From: Ostreococcus lucimarinus
Taxonomy: Eukaryota
Reading direction: 5' to 3' (one strand)
Length of the DNA stretch: 64,000 nt
Assembly (NCBI GenBank): GCA_000092065.1
Contig: CP000599.1
The notes below the pieces were generated by a model that was given only the letters and a program-made list of their open reading frames with translations, did not search any database and was not told where the DNA came from. Each line of letters begins with the position of its first letter. Positions within the stretch are counted from its first letter, which is position 1. Both the position numbers and the translations under genes were made by a program. Shown piece after piece: positions 32,909-42,447 of this stretch.

Positions 32909-34033
32909 ATGGCGACGTGTGAATGGACGCGCGCGATCGTTCGAGCGCGCGCCGCGCGCGCGGAGAGGCGCGCAGACGACGCGCGGGGAGGATTTCGAGC
33001 GCAAAAAGTGCGCTCGCGCGCTCGGGCTGGCGCGGGAAAGCGACGCGCGCGGGCCAACGCGACGGTTCGCGCGAGCGAAAACGACGAAAGCGGCGCGGCG
33101 TCGAACGCGAGCGTCCGCGAGAGCGAGCCGTATGGGGAAAACGCGGCGAAAAACGCGGCGTATAAGGCTTCGATGTCGGACGCGCAGCTCGAGCTGCATC
33201 GCGCTTCGGGACGCGACGTCACGTACGCGCTGAAGATTTCGTACGATGGCGAGCGTTATAATGGATTTCAGTACCAAGGCGAAGACGTGCCGACGATTCA
33301 GCGCGAACTCGAGCGCGCGCTCGCGAAGCTGACCGGGATCGATCGAGAACGGCTTCGATTGGGCGCCGCCGGTCGCACCGACGCCGGCGTGCACGCGCGA
33401 GGGCAAGTCGCGCACTTTTATTGCGAAAAATCGTTAGGAGAAGACTTGACGCGGTGTCAAAAGGCGATGAACGGGATGTTACCGAAAGACATTCGCGTCG
33501 ACGCGTTCTGGGAACCCCATCCGTTGTTTCATTCGAGATTTCACGCGAGCGGCAAGACGTACCACTACTACGTGGACGCGCGCGCGACGTCGAGCCCGTT
33601 CACGAGAAAGTACGCGCATCAGGTCGGATGGCGCCCGTGCGACGTCGAACTGTTGCGTCAAGCCGCGCAGTTGTTCGTCGGGACGATGGATTACAAAGGG
33701 TTTTGCAACACGTCGAGGGATAAATCAAACGAGGACAGGAACACGACGCGAACGATTCGTCGCTTCGACGTCTTCGAGGACGCCGCGGACGACGGATTGA
33801 TTCGTCTCGAGGTCGAGGGCGACGGATTTTTGTATCGTCAAGTGCGCAACATGGTCGGCGCGCTCTTGGTCGTCGCGAGCGGCAAGCACGACCTGGCGTA
33901 CCTGCGAACGCTCATCGAAACCAAGGATCGCTCGCGCGCGCCCATGGGCGCGCCCGCGCGCGGCTTGTTTCTTCACGAAGTCTTCTACCCGACCGAGGTC
34001 TTAGCGAGACCTCGTTCGGACGACACCGCTTAA
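32909..34033 (+). CDS. tRNA pseudouridine synthase, TruA/PUS family
   Basis: YALKISYDGERYNGFQYQ...LGAAGRTDAGVHARGQVAHF contains the catalytic Asp in the GRTDxGVHA motif of TruA. The 5' 1.1 kb of ORF 31748..34033 is antisense artefact. ATG candidates are 32909 and 33173. Confidence 0.75.
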   Translation: MATCEWTRAIVRARAARAERRADDARGGFRAQKVRSRARAGAGKRRARANATVRASENDESGAASNASVRESEPYGENAAKNAAYKASMSDAQLELHRASGRDVTYALKISYDGERYNGFQYQGEDVPTIQRELERALAKLTGIDRERLRLGAAGRTDAGVHARGQVAHFYCEKSLGEDLTRCQKAMNGMLPKDIRVDAFWEPHPLFHSRFHASGKTYHYYVDARATSSPFTRKYAHQVGWRPCDVELLRQAAQLFVGTMDYKGFCNTSRDKSNEDRNTTRTIRRFDVFEDAADDGLIRLEVEGDGFLYRQVRNMVGALLVVASGKHDLAYLRTLIETKDRSRAPMGAPARGLFLHEVFYPTEVLARPRSDDTA

Positions 34034-34116
34034 ACGCGCGCGCGGCGTCGCTCGCGCGTTCGCTCGCCGCGCGCGCCCGCGGGCGCTAAAACTGTATTCT
34101 AAAATCGCCCTCGTCC

Positions 34117-34819
34117 CTAACCGTCGCGTTTGCGCCGCTCGCCCTCCTCGCGCTGCGCCCTCGCCACGTCCTCGTCCTCCCCCGCGTCCAGCATCTCCTG
34201 CACCATCGCCCCCACCACGTTATCCCCGTCCGTCGCCAAGTAATGCGCGTAGTGCGCGTGCAAACACTTCACCTGTATCAGCAGCCCCGTCCCGCCGACG
34301 TCGTCCCGCGCGTACCCCCCCACGCCTCGATCCCGCAGCGCCTCCACGTGTTCCCCCCCCAACCGCTCGCACATCTCCCGCTCTTTCCCCGTCAACAATC
34401 CCCATCGCATCGCCGCGTACCGTCTCTGCTGCGCGTCGAAGATTCGCGCCGTCGCCTCGTCGTCGTCGATTTTTCGCCGCGCCGCCGCCGCGCCGCCGCC
34501 GTGCTCCAACCTCCCGACTCGCCTGCACAGCTCGCGATCGCACAGCCACAGCGCGTTCGGCCACGGCGACTCCACCGTCGTCGACCCGCGCCATTTCTTC
34601 GCTCGCGCGCGCCGTCGCGCGCGCTCGTCGTCGCCGCGCGCGCGCTGCGTCCGCAGCGGTCGGCACAGCAAAACCGTCGGATTCCCGCGCGCGTCGCGCC
34701 GCGCGACGCCCAGGACGTCGACGGACCCGTCGAGGCGCTTGACGGCGCGCGCGTCGTCGATCGTCGAGGCGTCGGCGCGACGCAGCGGCGAAGCGTGCGC
34801 CAGGTAACCGTCGGGCATG
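34117..34819 (-). CDS. DUF501-like protein
   Basis: GVGGYARDDVGGTGLLIQVKCLHAHYAHYLA resembles the conserved GVGG...KCLHxH motif of DUF501. Start taken at MPDGYLAH. Confidence 0.4.
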
Positions 34820-34833
34820 CGAAGCGTCGCACA

Positions 34834-36696
34834 ATGGCGCGCTGGAAGCGCCGCGCGGCCGCCTCGCGCCGCGCGTGCGCGATCGCGGCGTGCGCGATGG
34901 TATTGTCGACCCGCACCGCGCGCGCCGCGCCGACGCGCTCCAGATTCGCGACGCGACGGCTCGACGACGATCGATTCGCGGCGCCCGTCGTGACGCGCGC
35001 GACGCCGCGGCGAGGCCACGCGAGCGGCGGCGCCGACGTCGCGGTCCGCGGCGCGCGATTCGCGTCGGACGCGTCGCGCGTGCGGTGCGCGTTCGCGTTC
35101 GACGACGGCGAGGTGGTGGTGACGCGAGCGACGGCGGCGCCGCGCGACGAGACGACGCGCGAAAGCGAACGCGTCGTCGTCTGCGTCGCGCCGCGCGCGC
35201 GACGCGGCAAACGCGGCGCGGCGCAGATATTGCTGAAAAACGGCGACGACGGCGCGTGGAGCGGGACGGCGGGGAACTGGGCGTACGGCGATGGGAACAC
35301 GTTCGCGACGTACGAGTACGACGACAGCGACCCGGGGTGCTACGGGTGTCGAGGATCGGCGACGGCGATCGCGAGTCGGCCGAGGGAGACGTGGGCGTTG
35401 GTGGGGGATCGCGCGGTGAACGCGGGACCGGCGGAGGGAGGGACGACGATTCGCGTCAAGGCGTTCGGCGCGAACGCGAACGCGAACGCGGTCGGCGGGA
35501 CGTTTTATCCGGGCGCGAATTTAAAGTGCGGCGTGGCGTGCGCGACGACGGTCGGCAGCGGATGGCTGCGGGTCACGATGCCGGCGAAGTGGATCGCGTA
35601 CGACGAGATCGAGTGCGTGACGCCGAGGTGGCCGGGGATCGGGGCGACGAGCGGGACGCCGTCGACGACGTGTCACGTTCGAGCGTCGAACGACGGCGGC
35701 GAGCGATTCGACGATCTCGTCGCGGCGGGGGGGGACGGCGATGGGACGTTCGCGACGCCGATGGCGAACGCGGCGAAGATTGACTTCACGTACGACGCGA
35801 GCGGCGCCGCGCCGAGCGTGAGCTCGGTGGAGACGTCGCGCGCGCCCGCGGCGAGCGCGCGGGGCGCGCGGGGACCGTTCGACGGCGGGACCGTGGTCAC
35901 CGTGCGAGGGAGCGGGTTTTTATCGAGCTCGAACTTGGCGTGCAAATTTTTCGATCCGCTCGGGAACGAGGTCGTGGTGCGCGCCTCGTACGAGAGCTCG
36001 AGCGAGGTTCGATGCGCGTCGCCGTCGCAAATCGCGAGCGTCGACCCGTACGCGGTGGATTACGTCGCGATGACGTCACCGTGCTACGCCTCCGCCGTGC
36101 ACGTGTCGAACACCGGTCTCGTCGGCTCGTGGAGCGCCGCGAACTCGGCGCCGACGGCGCAGTTCTTCTATTGCGACTTGTACGTCGACTCGAGCGCGGC
36201 GTCGGCGTCGAGCGCCGACGGGAGCGCTCTGAAACCGTTCGACACGATTCAACGCGCGCTGCAGTCAGCCTTGACCGGCGTCCAGAGCGCGAGCGACACG
36301 CACATCGGGCGCGAGTTCGCCCTCGCGAATCCCACGGCGAACGCGCTGTTGAACGCCGACGTCGTCCGGCTCGCCCCCGGCGCGTACGCCGGCGCCGGCG
36401 CCGTCAGGCTCGTCGCCGACCCCACGTCCTCGGTCCGCGTGCGCGCCGCGACGGGCGTCGCGTCCGCCGCCGCCGACCGCGCGTACATCGATTGCGAGGG
36501 CTCGAACCCACTCTTCGCCGATCTCGACGCGCAGTCGTCGTCGTCGCGCGTCGCCGTCGTCGTCGACCCCGACGTCGCCGTCGTTCGATGTCGCGACGCC
36601 GACGCGAGCGTCTACGGCGTCGAGAGTTGCGAGACCATCGTCGCGACCGATGGGTCGGGCGTCACCGCGCGGACGTGTAATTTCGCCGCCGCCTAG
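34834..36696 (+). CDS. secreted IPT/TIG-repeat protein with C-terminal beta-helix-like region
   Basis: Signal peptide MARWKRRAAASRRACAIAACAMVLS. Repeated IPT-type segments (GPAEGGTTIRVKAFGAN...; GPFDGGTVVTVRGSGFLSSSNLACKF). Cys-rich throughout. The first 590 nt of ORF 34243.. is antisense to the DUF501-like gene. Confidence 0.55.
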   Translation: MARWKRRAAASRRACAIAACAMVLSTRTARAAPTRSRFATRRLDDDRFAAPVVTRATPRRGHASGGADVAVRGARFASDASRVRCAFAFDDGEVVVTRATAAPRDETTRESERVVVCVAPRARRGKRGAAQILLKNGDDGAWSGTAGNWAYGDGNTFATYEYDDSDPGCYGCRGSATAIASRPRETWALVGDRAVNAGPAEGGTTIRVKAFGANANANAVGGTFYPGANLKCGVACATTVGSGWLRVTMPAKWIAYDEIECVTPRWPGIGATSGTPSTTCHVRASNDGGERFDDLVAAGGDGDGTFATPMANAAKIDFTYDASGAAPSVSSVETSRAPAASARGARGPFDGGTVVTVRGSGFLSSSNLACKFFDPLGNEVVVRASYESSSEVRCASPSQIASVDPYAVDYVAMTSPCYASAVHVSNTGLVGSWSAANSAPTAQFFYCDLYVDSSAASASSADGSALKPFDTIQRALQSALTGVQSASDTHIGREFALANPTANALLNADVVRLAPGAYAGAGAVRLVADPTSSVRVRAATGVASAAADRAYIDCEGSNPLFADLDAQSSSSRVAVVVDPDVAVVRCRDADASVYGVESCETIVATDGSGVTARTCNFAAA

Positions 36697-36877
36697 CCCC
36701 CGCGCGCGCGCGCCGTCGACGCGCGCGCGGCGACCCGCGACCCGTAACACCGCGCGCGTGCGCGCGCGCGTCCCGGTGGCCACCCCTTTGAGTCCCAATT
36801 CGACAACACCCCCCAAGCGCCACGGAACAGTGGTATCATCGAACCGATCGTCGAATGCCGTATTTCGATGGCACTGA

Positions 36878-37005
36878 GCCCCATTAACTCAGTTGGTTAG
36901 AGTGTAGTGCTTATATCCGCCCGGATGTGCCCGAGTCGCGCGCGCGCGCGACGGACGCCTACGCTGGAAACGCTAAAGTCGCGAGATCGAGGCTCGCATG
37001 GGGCA
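36878..37005 (+). tRNA. tRNA-Ile(UAU) with 54-nt intron (36916..36969)
   Basis: Hand-folded cloverleaf: acceptor GCCCCAT/ATGGGGC; D-arm ACTC-AGTTGGTTA-GAGT; anticodon stem TAGTG/CGCTA; loop CTTATA|A with anticodon TAT; intron immediately 3' of position 37, the canonical eukaryotic location; variable loop AAGTC; T-arm GCGAG-ATCGAGG-CTCGC; discriminator A. Followed by TTTTTT. Confidence 0.8.
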
Positions 37006-37009
37006 GCTC

Positions 37010-37015
37010 TTTTTT
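37010..37015 (+). terminator. RNA polymerase III oligo(T) terminator of the tRNA-Ile gene
   Basis: TTTTTT starts 5 nt after the tRNA discriminator base. Confidence 0.7.
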
Positions 37016-37221
37016 ATCGCGCGTCGTCGTCGTCCCGACGCGCGCGATTCGCGCGCGCGCGCGCGCGTCGCGTGCGCGACGAGCGTCCTGGAGTCGTCGC
37101 ATATAACGTATTTTAAGTGGTATCACTCGACATCTGCGTATACTATATATCGTCTGACTATAACCCATACCCGTGTGTCAGAACACCTGCATTCGCGCCA
37201 CATCGCGACGCGCACGCGTCC

Positions 37222-37749
37222 ATGGCGCCCGTCGACGGCGCGGACGACCGCGACGCCGACGCGCTCGCGTGCGGATTGCCCACGAACGTCTTCGTCCGCC
37301 CCGCGGGCGCGCGCGAACCCGCGGACGTCGTCGACGAGGTCCTGGACGCGCTGCGCCTCGACGCGCTGCGACGCAGTCACGCGCTGCGCGCGCCGCGCGA
37401 TCGCCTGCGCGTGACGCTCGCGGCGTACGCGATGGATCTGCTGTACAGATTCGCGAACGAAGCGAGGTGCGAGACGAAATCGGGGGCGATGAAGCGCGCG
37501 ATGGAGGACGCGCTGGGGCGATTCGCGTGCCCGGGGGACGCGGATTACGACTTGGCGAGCGTGTGCGCGGCGCCGAGGACGGACGAGGAGCGGGAGCGGT
37601 ATCGAAGGTTCGTGCGAAGGTGTCGAGAGGCGATCGCGGTGAGGATGGTGGAGCGGTGTTACGTCGCGGAGGATGGGACGAGGGATAAATTTTGGATGGC
37701 GTTCGCGAGGCGACGATTTTTAAACCGACCGCCGCCGAAGATTTCGTGA
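37222..37749 (+). CDS. hypothetical protein (~175 aa)
   Basis: ORF 37117..37749 trimmed to its first ATG (MAPVDGADD) downstream of an AT-rich promoter island at 37090-37200. Confidence 0.4.
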   Translation: MAPVDGADDRDADALACGLPTNVFVRPAGAREPADVVDEVLDALRLDALRRSHALRAPRDRLRVTLAAYAMDLLYRFANEARCETKSGAMKRAMEDALGRFACPGDADYDLASVCAAPRTDEERERYRRFVRRCREAIAVRMVERCYVAEDGTRDKFWMAFARRRFLNRPPPKIS

Positions 37750-37831
37750 GCGATGGATCGATCGCGCGAGCGGTGTTCGGTGTTGTGACAAGAGTACATG
37801 GCGATGCTTTATTTCGGGACGCGACGCGACG

Positions 37832-38938
37832 CTACGAAGATGGGAACGAAAACACGTCCGCGGGATGACCGCCGTCGCCGCCGGGGTTGATTCGATTCGC
37901 TTGCTTCAACGCCAGCGCCTCCTCCTCGCGCACTTGACGAATCAGCTCGGCTTGGTGCTTCAGTCGCTCGGCGCGGTCGATGTCCAGCTGCGTCGCCGCA
38001 CGCGATGCGCTCTTTCCTTTTCGCGTCGCCGACGCGTCGCCCGCGTCCATCATCTCGACGTCGTCGGCGCTCGCCGCGTCGACGGCGCCGGCGGCGATCC
38101 ACTCGTGCGCCAACGCTTGCTCCGCGCTCAACCGCTCGTTGGCGTCGGTTTCGAGTAAACCAGCGACTAAACTCTTCGCGGGATTACTGATGAAATCCCA
38201 CACCCCGGGCTCCAAGTGATAGATGCCGTCGCGTATGTTTTGATAAAGCACGCTCTCGTCTTCGTGATCGAACGGCGAGTACCCGCTCAAGAGGGCGAAC
38301 AAAATCACCCCCACGCTCCACATGTCGCACGCGGGAGAGTAAAACTCGTTCTCGTCTTTCGACGTCTCCAATTCTAAAATCTCGGGCGCGATGTACAGCG
38401 GGCTCCCGCACACCGTTCGCATCGTCTGTCCCTCGGGCTTGAACCGCGCCAACCCGAAATCGATGAGCTTCACCGTCGGTCGATCCCCGTCGTCGCTCAA
38501 CAAAATATTCTCCAACTTCAAATCTCTGTGCACGATATCTCTCGCGTGCATGTGCGCCACGGCGTGCAACACCTGCGCGATCACCGACCGCGCCTCGTCC
38601 TCCGCGAACGACCCGACGCGCGACACGCGTTCGAGCAACTCGCCGCCCTGGACGAGTTCGCAAATCATAAACACGTTTCGATCCGTCACGTACGTCGCGT
38701 ACAGCTCCACGACATTCACGTGTCGTATCTCCGAGAGCACCTCCACCTCGCGATCGAACGATCGATCCGTCGGCGCGTACTTGCTCTTATCCACCACCTT
38801 GATGGCCACGTCTCGCCCCGTCGCCTTTTCCCGCGCGCGCGCCACCGTACTGAACCCTCCCGTACCGATCTTCTCCAGCACCTCGTACGCGTCCGTGATC
38901 GTCGTCACGTCTTTGCATCGCACGAGTTTACCCCTCAT
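37832..38938 (-). CDS. serine/threonine protein kinase (CaMK-like)
   Basis: Motifs GTGGFSTV...AIKVV (VAIK), HRDLKLENILL, DFGLA, and APE-like ...YIAPE. No EF hands. Confidence 0.85.
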   Translation of the reverse strand: MRGKLVRCKDVTTITDAYEVLEKIGTGGFSTVARAREKATGRDVAIKVVDKSKYAPTDRSFDREVEVLSEIRHVNVVELYATYVTDRNVFMICELVQGGELLERVSRVGSFAEDEARSVIAQVLHAVAHMHARDIVHRDLKLENILLSDDGDRPTVKLIDFGLARFKPEGQTMRTVCGSPLYIAPEILELETSKDENEFYSPACDMWSVGVILFALLSGYSPFDHEDESVLYQNIRDGIYHLEPGVWDFISNPAKSLVAGLLETDANERLSAEQALAHEWIAAGAVDAASADDVEMMDAGDASATRKGKSASRAATQLDIDRAERLKHQAELIRQVREEEALALKQANRINPGGDGGHPADVFSFPSS

Positions 38939-39427
38939 CCCTCGGAAGAGACCTCCTTCGTCGTCGCGCGTCTCGCCGTCGCGCGTCCTCGTCGCCGCCC
39001 CGTCCCGAGCGCTCGCCGTCGCCGCGCGAATCCTAAATCCCTCTCGTATACACCGCGCGCGCCCTCGATCGCCTCGCGCGTCCCCCCGACCCGGTCGTCA
39101 CCGCTCGAATCGCGCTCTCCGAGTGTCGCTCGATCGTTTTCGGCCGAGCCCGCGTCGCGGTCGGCGTCGCGCGCGCGCGATTCGCCAATCACAATTCACC
39201 AATCCGACCCGAAAATCGCCGTCTCCCGCGTCGATGCCCACCTAGTCGAGCGCTCGACCGCGTTCGCGACCGCCGAGTCGACCGCGTTCGCGCGCTCGAC
39301 GATCGACGCGCGCGCGCCGCGCTCGAACGCGTCGCGGTGCGCCGATCGCGATCGGCATCGCAAAACTAACAACGACCGTCGACCGCACTGATCGTCGCGC
39401 GAAAATATCTTCCGCGACCAGGACGCG

Positions 39428-39958
39428 ATGACCGCGCTCGACGCCGCGGCCGCGGCGGACGAGGCGCTGTCCACGGTGTGGCGCTTCGCGACGTACGCGC
39501 TCGCGGCGCTGCTGTACGGGTTCGCGCTGTTCGTCAACCTGTACGTCCTCGCGGCGCTCGACGACCTGCAGGCGGACTTAGTGAACCCGCACGACGCGTC
39601 GAGGCGGATCAATCGATTGGTGAATCACGAGATCGCGGCGCACGCGTGCGCGAGCGCGCTGATGCTGTGCGGCGGGCACTACGCGCTGTTCGCGGCGAAC
39701 GCGCCGATGATGTACTGGGAACATAAGCGGCGCGAGGCGAGGACGCTGCGGATAGACGCGACGGAGATATTCGCGCGCGCCGATAGCGAGAGGAAGATAC
39801 GAACGCGAAAATTGGCGTTTTTAGGGGTCGTGGAGCTCATCGTGGCGTACAGGGTGACGCACAGCGCGGCGCACGCGCTGTTGACCAAGGCGGGACGGGA
39901 GGCGGCGGCGAAGATTTTGAGAGACGCCGCGCACTCGCCCATGTATCACATGTTTTGA
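39428..39958 (+). CDS. cornichon-family ER cargo receptor
   Basis: LDDLQADLVNPHDASRRINRLVNHEIAAHA matches the cornichon signature (L.DL..D..NP.D....N.LV.PE) within three predicted TM helices. Confidence 0.7.
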   Translation: MTALDAAAAADEALSTVWRFATYALAALLYGFALFVNLYVLAALDDLQADLVNPHDASRRINRLVNHEIAAHACASALMLCGGHYALFAANAPMMYWEHKRREARTLRIDATEIFARADSERKIRTRKLAFLGVVELIVAYRVTHSAAHALLTKAGREAAAKILRDAAHSPMYHMF

Positions 39959-40143
39959 CGATCGCGCGCGTGATTTTACATTCGCGATTACGCGGCGCTG
40001 AGTATCGGATCGGGCGTCGCTTCGCGATCGCGCGGTTCGCGTTTTTAGCGACGATTCGTCGACGCGTCGACGCGTAATCAATGTAATCAATCAACGCGAT
40101 TCTTAATAAATGAACGCGCGATTCTTACGACCCGCGCGCGCGC

Positions 40144-40719
40144 TCACCCCCCGTTCGGATCGTCCCGCGTCTTGATCACCCCGTACGCGCTCGAGAACGC
40201 CAAAAACCCCCCCACGAAGGGCGTGAAGAACGGATACAGCCGCTCGCTCACGAACCCGTCCACCGCCTCCGGCATCTTCCCGAACGCGCTCACCCCCAAG
40301 ACGACCCCCAAAACGAATATCACGCCCACGTACGCGAACAAAAACGTCACGTACGCCTCCTCGGTCTCCTGCCCCATGGTCTTCTCGCGCTTCCCCAGCA
40401 GCGCGTCCACCGCCGGCGAGTCCACCTCCACCGTCGCGCGTCGCGTCGTCTTCCCCCGTCGTCGCTTCGACTTCGATCGCGGTTCGTACGCGAACGCACG
40501 CGGTTCCGCGCCGTCGCGTTGTGCGTCTTCGCGTCGCGCGTCGTCGACGTCGTCGTCGCGCGTCGCGTCGTCGTCGTCGTCGCGCTGTTGTTCCGCCCAC
40601 GTCTTCTTCGCGCAGATTCGCGTCGCCGGCGGTCGACGCGCCGTCGTTGGACGTCGCGCGTCGACGCGACGTCGCGAGTGTGCGTCGGCGCGAGCGCGCG
40701 CGAGGATTCGCGTCGCCAT
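40144..40719 (-). CDS. small membrane protein with two C-terminal TM helices
   Basis: Likely real part of ORF 40144..40923: MATRIL... then two hydrophobic helices (AYVTFLFAYVGVIFVLGVVLGV; FFTPFVGGFLAFSSAYGVI). The first 68 codons of the listed ORF coincide with palindromic 5' DNA and are probably leader. Confidence 0.4.
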   Translation of the reverse strand: MATRILARARADAHSRRRVDARRPTTARRPPATRICAKKTWAEQQRDDDDDATRDDDVDDARREDAQRDGAEPRAFAYEPRSKSKRRRGKTTRRATVEVDSPAVDALLGKREKTMGQETEEAYVTFLFAYVGVIFVLGVVLGVSAFGKMPEAVDGFVSERLYPFFTPFVGGFLAFSSAYGVIKTRDDPNGG

Positions 40720-40879
40720 CGTCGCGAAGAGCGGTGCGACGTCACCGCGGGCGTCCGCGTCAAGCGATGGATCCGGCCGCGCTCTAAACCCTAGACGACC
40801 GATCGAGATGCGACGACCGATCGCGACTCGACCGCGTCGGACGCGGCGACCGCGAATGCAAACACATCCCACGCGCGCG

Positions 40880-40952
40880 GTGTGTTGTACGACGACGATA
40901 TCGTCGTCGTATAACACACCCATTTACTTTTTAGTACACCAAAAAGTAAATG
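40880..40952. repeat. two adjacent palindromes: a 40-bp near-perfect inverted repeat centred on GATATC, and a 12-bp arm / 8-bp spacer hairpin
   Basis: gtgtgttgtacgacgacgat|atcgtcgtcgtataacacac at 40880-40919 (1 mismatch), then catttacttttt-agtacacc-aaaaagtaaatg at 40921-40952. Both lie in an AT-rich island between two minus-strand genes. Confidence 0.8.
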
Positions 40953-41187
40953 CAATTATGGTATTTCATTATTTCATACGAGTACCCCATAACGACGAGT
41001 CGTGACCCATACGGTAAAAATATCACGTCCCGCCAGTCCGGTCCCCATATACTATGAGATTTGTTACGATATATGTACACAGCGTGCGGTGCGGCGGGTG
41101 GATGCTCGGTCGTGCGGGTGTGGATGGTGTGGTGTCTTGATGACGAGTCATGACTCGTCGTATGTATGGCACATGTGACACGGCGCC

Positions 41188-42003
41188 TTACATGTCGCCG
41201 CGAATCTGCGGGTACGGATGCGTGCAATAGCCGGTCGTTTCGTCCACGAACTGTCTCGCGCAGTTGCACGGCGGTTCATTGGTGACTATGAGGCCGGAGA
41301 GATGGGGCTCGGTGGACAACGCCGCCGCGTCCTCATCGTTCAGAGCGATCACGATCCAGCGCTGATAGACGCGTTGGGCCTTGTCCCCGTTTGATCTCAA
41401 GTAAGAGTGCGACTGCGTCTTGACGTACACGTGATACTTTTCAAACCTCGCGTTCGCGTTGGTTTGCCACTCGCGAAGAGCCGCGTCGAACGCTTTGCAT
41501 CGCCGCTCCCTGAGTGGAAATTTCTCACCTTCCTTTCTCATGAAGAAGGGAATCAAACAGCCGACGGTGAGCAGGCTGCCGAAGAAGCAGCCCACAATAT
41601 TGGGAGTCTGCGCGATGCACCCGCGACAACCAGCCTCGGGGAAATGTTCGTTCTCGATCGCGTCGAGCTGCTCGACGAACACGTCGTGATACTCTTCCGG
41701 AGACATTCCGACGGCTTCGAGCGCGCGCGGCGTCTTCGTCATGTCCGCGCGCCGGAGCATTTGACGCGGTCCGAAGCATCCCTGTCCGCCGTACATCGTC
41801 AGGTTCAATCGCACGACCACCTTTACACCGTCCTTCCCTTTGCCGTACACCTCTCGCTTACGCCATTGGGGGCCCAATTTCTTCATTTCTTTGGCCATTT
41901 TGGCGCAACATCCCATCGGTGGCGCCTCTTCGACCTCGTCCTTCGCAGTCGTCATCCCCGCGGGCGAGGGCGCGCGATTCACGTCCGCCCCCGTCGACGC
42001 CAT
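41188..42003 (-). CDS. hypothetical Cys-rich membrane protein with internal MGCC motif
   Basis: 271-aa ORF with a predicted TM segment IVGCFFGSLLTVGCLIPFF. If translation starts at the second Met (MGCCAKMAK), the N-terminus is a classic myristoylation/palmitoylation signal. Confidence 0.4.
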   Translation of the reverse strand: MASTGADVNRAPSPAGMTTAKDEVEEAPPMGCCAKMAKEMKKLGPQWRKREVYGKGKDGVKVVVRLNLTMYGGQGCFGPRQMLRRADMTKTPRALEAVGMSPEEYHDVFVEQLDAIENEHFPEAGCRGCIAQTPNIVGCFFGSLLTVGCLIPFFMRKEGEKFPLRERRCKAFDAALREWQTNANARFEKYHVYVKTQSHSYLRSNGDKAQRVYQRWIVIALNDEDAAALSTEPHLSGLIVTNEPPCNCARQFVDETTGYCTHPYPQIRGDM

Positions 42004-42346
42004 GGACGCACGCGACGCGATCTGCGCGCCGCAATTCCTCCGCCGGAAAACCGGAGGACTCTAAACCCTACTAAAAATCGAGTTTCAGAAAAGGCCCGTT
42101 TTTGGAAGCATGCTAGTGGAACCTGAGTAAAAAGTGGCCAATTCTACAGTCCATGCTCGTACGGTTTTTCATAATACTTTATATCATTATCATATATACC
42201 GAATGTCCGAACACACACACACACCATCGCATCGCTAGGGGTGCTTGAATCCGGTATTGGGAATTTCCCAATACGTATCGGCGTATTGGGCCGGTATCGG
42301 CCGAATGTCCGAACGCGTAAATCGTATGGGCAAACAGTATTAAACA

Positions 42347-42416
42347 GCTGATACGAGCTGATACGAGCTGATACGAGCTGATACGAGCTGATACGAGCTG
42401 GTACGAGCTGGTACGA
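42347..42416. repeat. (GCTGATACGA)5-(GCTGGTACGA)2 decanucleotide microsatellite
   Basis: Directly visible. Confidence 0.9.
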
Positions 42417-42447
42417 CGGTGGCGAATCGAATCGAATCGACACATCG

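Noticed and set aside
36907-37168. Small ORFs 36907..37116 and 36959..37168 as protein genes
   Set aside because: They overlay the tRNA-Ile(UAU) gene and its terminator. The sequence is fully explained by the tRNA cloverleaf.
42254-42274. GGGAATTTCCC as an NF-kappaB site
   Set aside because: It is a perfect kappaB-like palindrome, but Rel-homology factors are not expected in green algae. It is kept only as a generic palindrome within the promoter-island finding.
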